DNA of 63,935 nucleotides, the filler included, from Welwitschia mirabilis (taxonomy: Eukaryota), in NCBI GenBank assembly GCA_051453625.1. It is 5 parts of one record of this genome, joined end to end, with 100 filler letters (N's around TTAATTAATTAA, not from the genome) between each part and the next. Parts side by side here need not be neighbours in the genome. Positions count along the whole stretch, not along the records: positions 62,803 to 63,935 come from JBOZIK010000001.1; 4 more parts are not named here. The stretch is one strand, 5' to 3'. Position 1 is the first letter of the stretch, and each line of letters starts with the position of its first letter. The position numbers were made by a program, and so were the translations under genes. The notes under the pieces are model-generated. The model did no database searches. It was not told the DNA's origin and worked only from the letters and a program-made list of their open reading frames with translations. This document shows, piece by piece, positions 62,803 to 63,935 of the stretch.

Positions 62803-63935
62803 TATGGCATATATGATTCAAGCATCCATAAGTTTAATAATTTCATCTTTAACTATTTGTTTAAGGGCTGAGTTAAGCCTTATTTAGGGCTTCCTAACAA
62901 GTTTAGCATTATCTTTAAGGTAAATCTTATGTTAAACTATGAAAAGAGAAATGGTAGCTAAGTCTTTATGTGTCCAATAAAAGGCATTTTCTTTCAAAGT
63001 TAAGAGTGAGATCAAGTTTGATTCTTGTTGAGGAGTAAAAAGGTCAATGATTATCAAGGGTTTCATTTGATTTTTGAATAGAAAAATATATTTTAGACGT
63101 GGAACAATACTTTGCAAAAAGTTTTTATACTAATTAAAAATGTTGAGTTTCTCCCCAGTCAATGTGTTCTTCATCCTTAGATTTAAGATAGTGTGTTTTA
63201 GTGGGGTCATCATGTAAATTTGGTTCATGTAGCATGATTAATCTCTCCTCAATTGATTAATCTTGTAAAAATAATGTTGGTTTTAGTTCATCTTCAAGGT
63301 TANNNNNNNNNNNNNNNNNNNNNNNNNNNNNNNNNNNNNNNNNNNNNNNNNNNNNNNNNNNNNNNNNNNNNNNNNNNNNNNNNNNNNNNNNNNNNNNNNN
63401 NNGATTTAAGATAGTGTGTTTTAGTGTGGTCATCATGTAAATTTGGTTCATGTAGCATGATTAATCTCTCCTCAATTGATTAATGTTGTAAAAATAATGT
63501 TGGTTTTAGTTCATCTTCAAGGTTAAACTCAGTTCCTGTGTCCTTTTCAGCAGCATCAAAAACTTTAATGGTAAACTGTTTGTTGCCAAACTGACATCCC
63601 ATCATCCTAGATAATGTATTAATGATATAATTGGTAGTTTTAAAAAAGGCTTTTCTTAAAAGGAGTGGATAACCTCCATCATGTTCTATCTCAATGATGA
63701 CAATATCTATTGGGTAAAAAGATTTTTTAATTTGGATAACTAGGTTCTTAATAATTCCTAATGGTTTCTTGATTGAGATATCAGCCAATTTCAAGATAAT
63801 TCATGTAGGTTTTATTTTTTTCCCAACCAAAGTCTCTTACATATGTGGAGAGGCATGACTTTTACACTTGCTTTATGTCAATTAAAGCTTTTCAAATTCC
63901 TTTATTTCCTTCTAAGGTAACACTCGCAATTGCAA
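62803..63935 (-). mobile_element. Ty3/Gypsy (Athila/Tat-like) protease and post-protease relic
   Basis: KLADISIKKPLGIIKNLVIQIKKSFYPIDIVII...PLLLRKAFFKT and LKYIFL...PLII...TPQQESNLISLL...AFYWTHKDL. Confidence 0.85.

Overview
AT-rich land-plant nuclear DNA from a gapped draft assembly. The only host gene is a TPLATE-complex subunit, TWD40-2 (similar to Arabidopsis AT5G24710, recognised from recalled sequence). Four internal + strand exons (19570-19793, 20192-20410, 30928-31114, 46944-47194) splice in frame and total only 881 bp of the 64 kb. They are separated by introns of 398 bp, ~10.5 kb and ~15.8 kb, and the last of these has a GC donor. The rest is probably intronic and is made of decayed, nested transposons: Tork/Tnt1-like Copia elements and solo LTRs, a tandem TRIM fused to a Copia LTR, three hAT transposase relics, a near full-length L1 LINE with an internal ~700-bp-arm inverted duplication, and Gypsy fragments. 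No TE has an intact ORF. I found no convincing novel biological system. The most unusual structures are the Copia-LTR/TRIM chimera, the giant GC-AG intron, the LINE foldback and a ~215-bp tandem array in a Copia leader. Artificial TTAATTAATTAA linkers and duplicated gap flanks make distances approximate.
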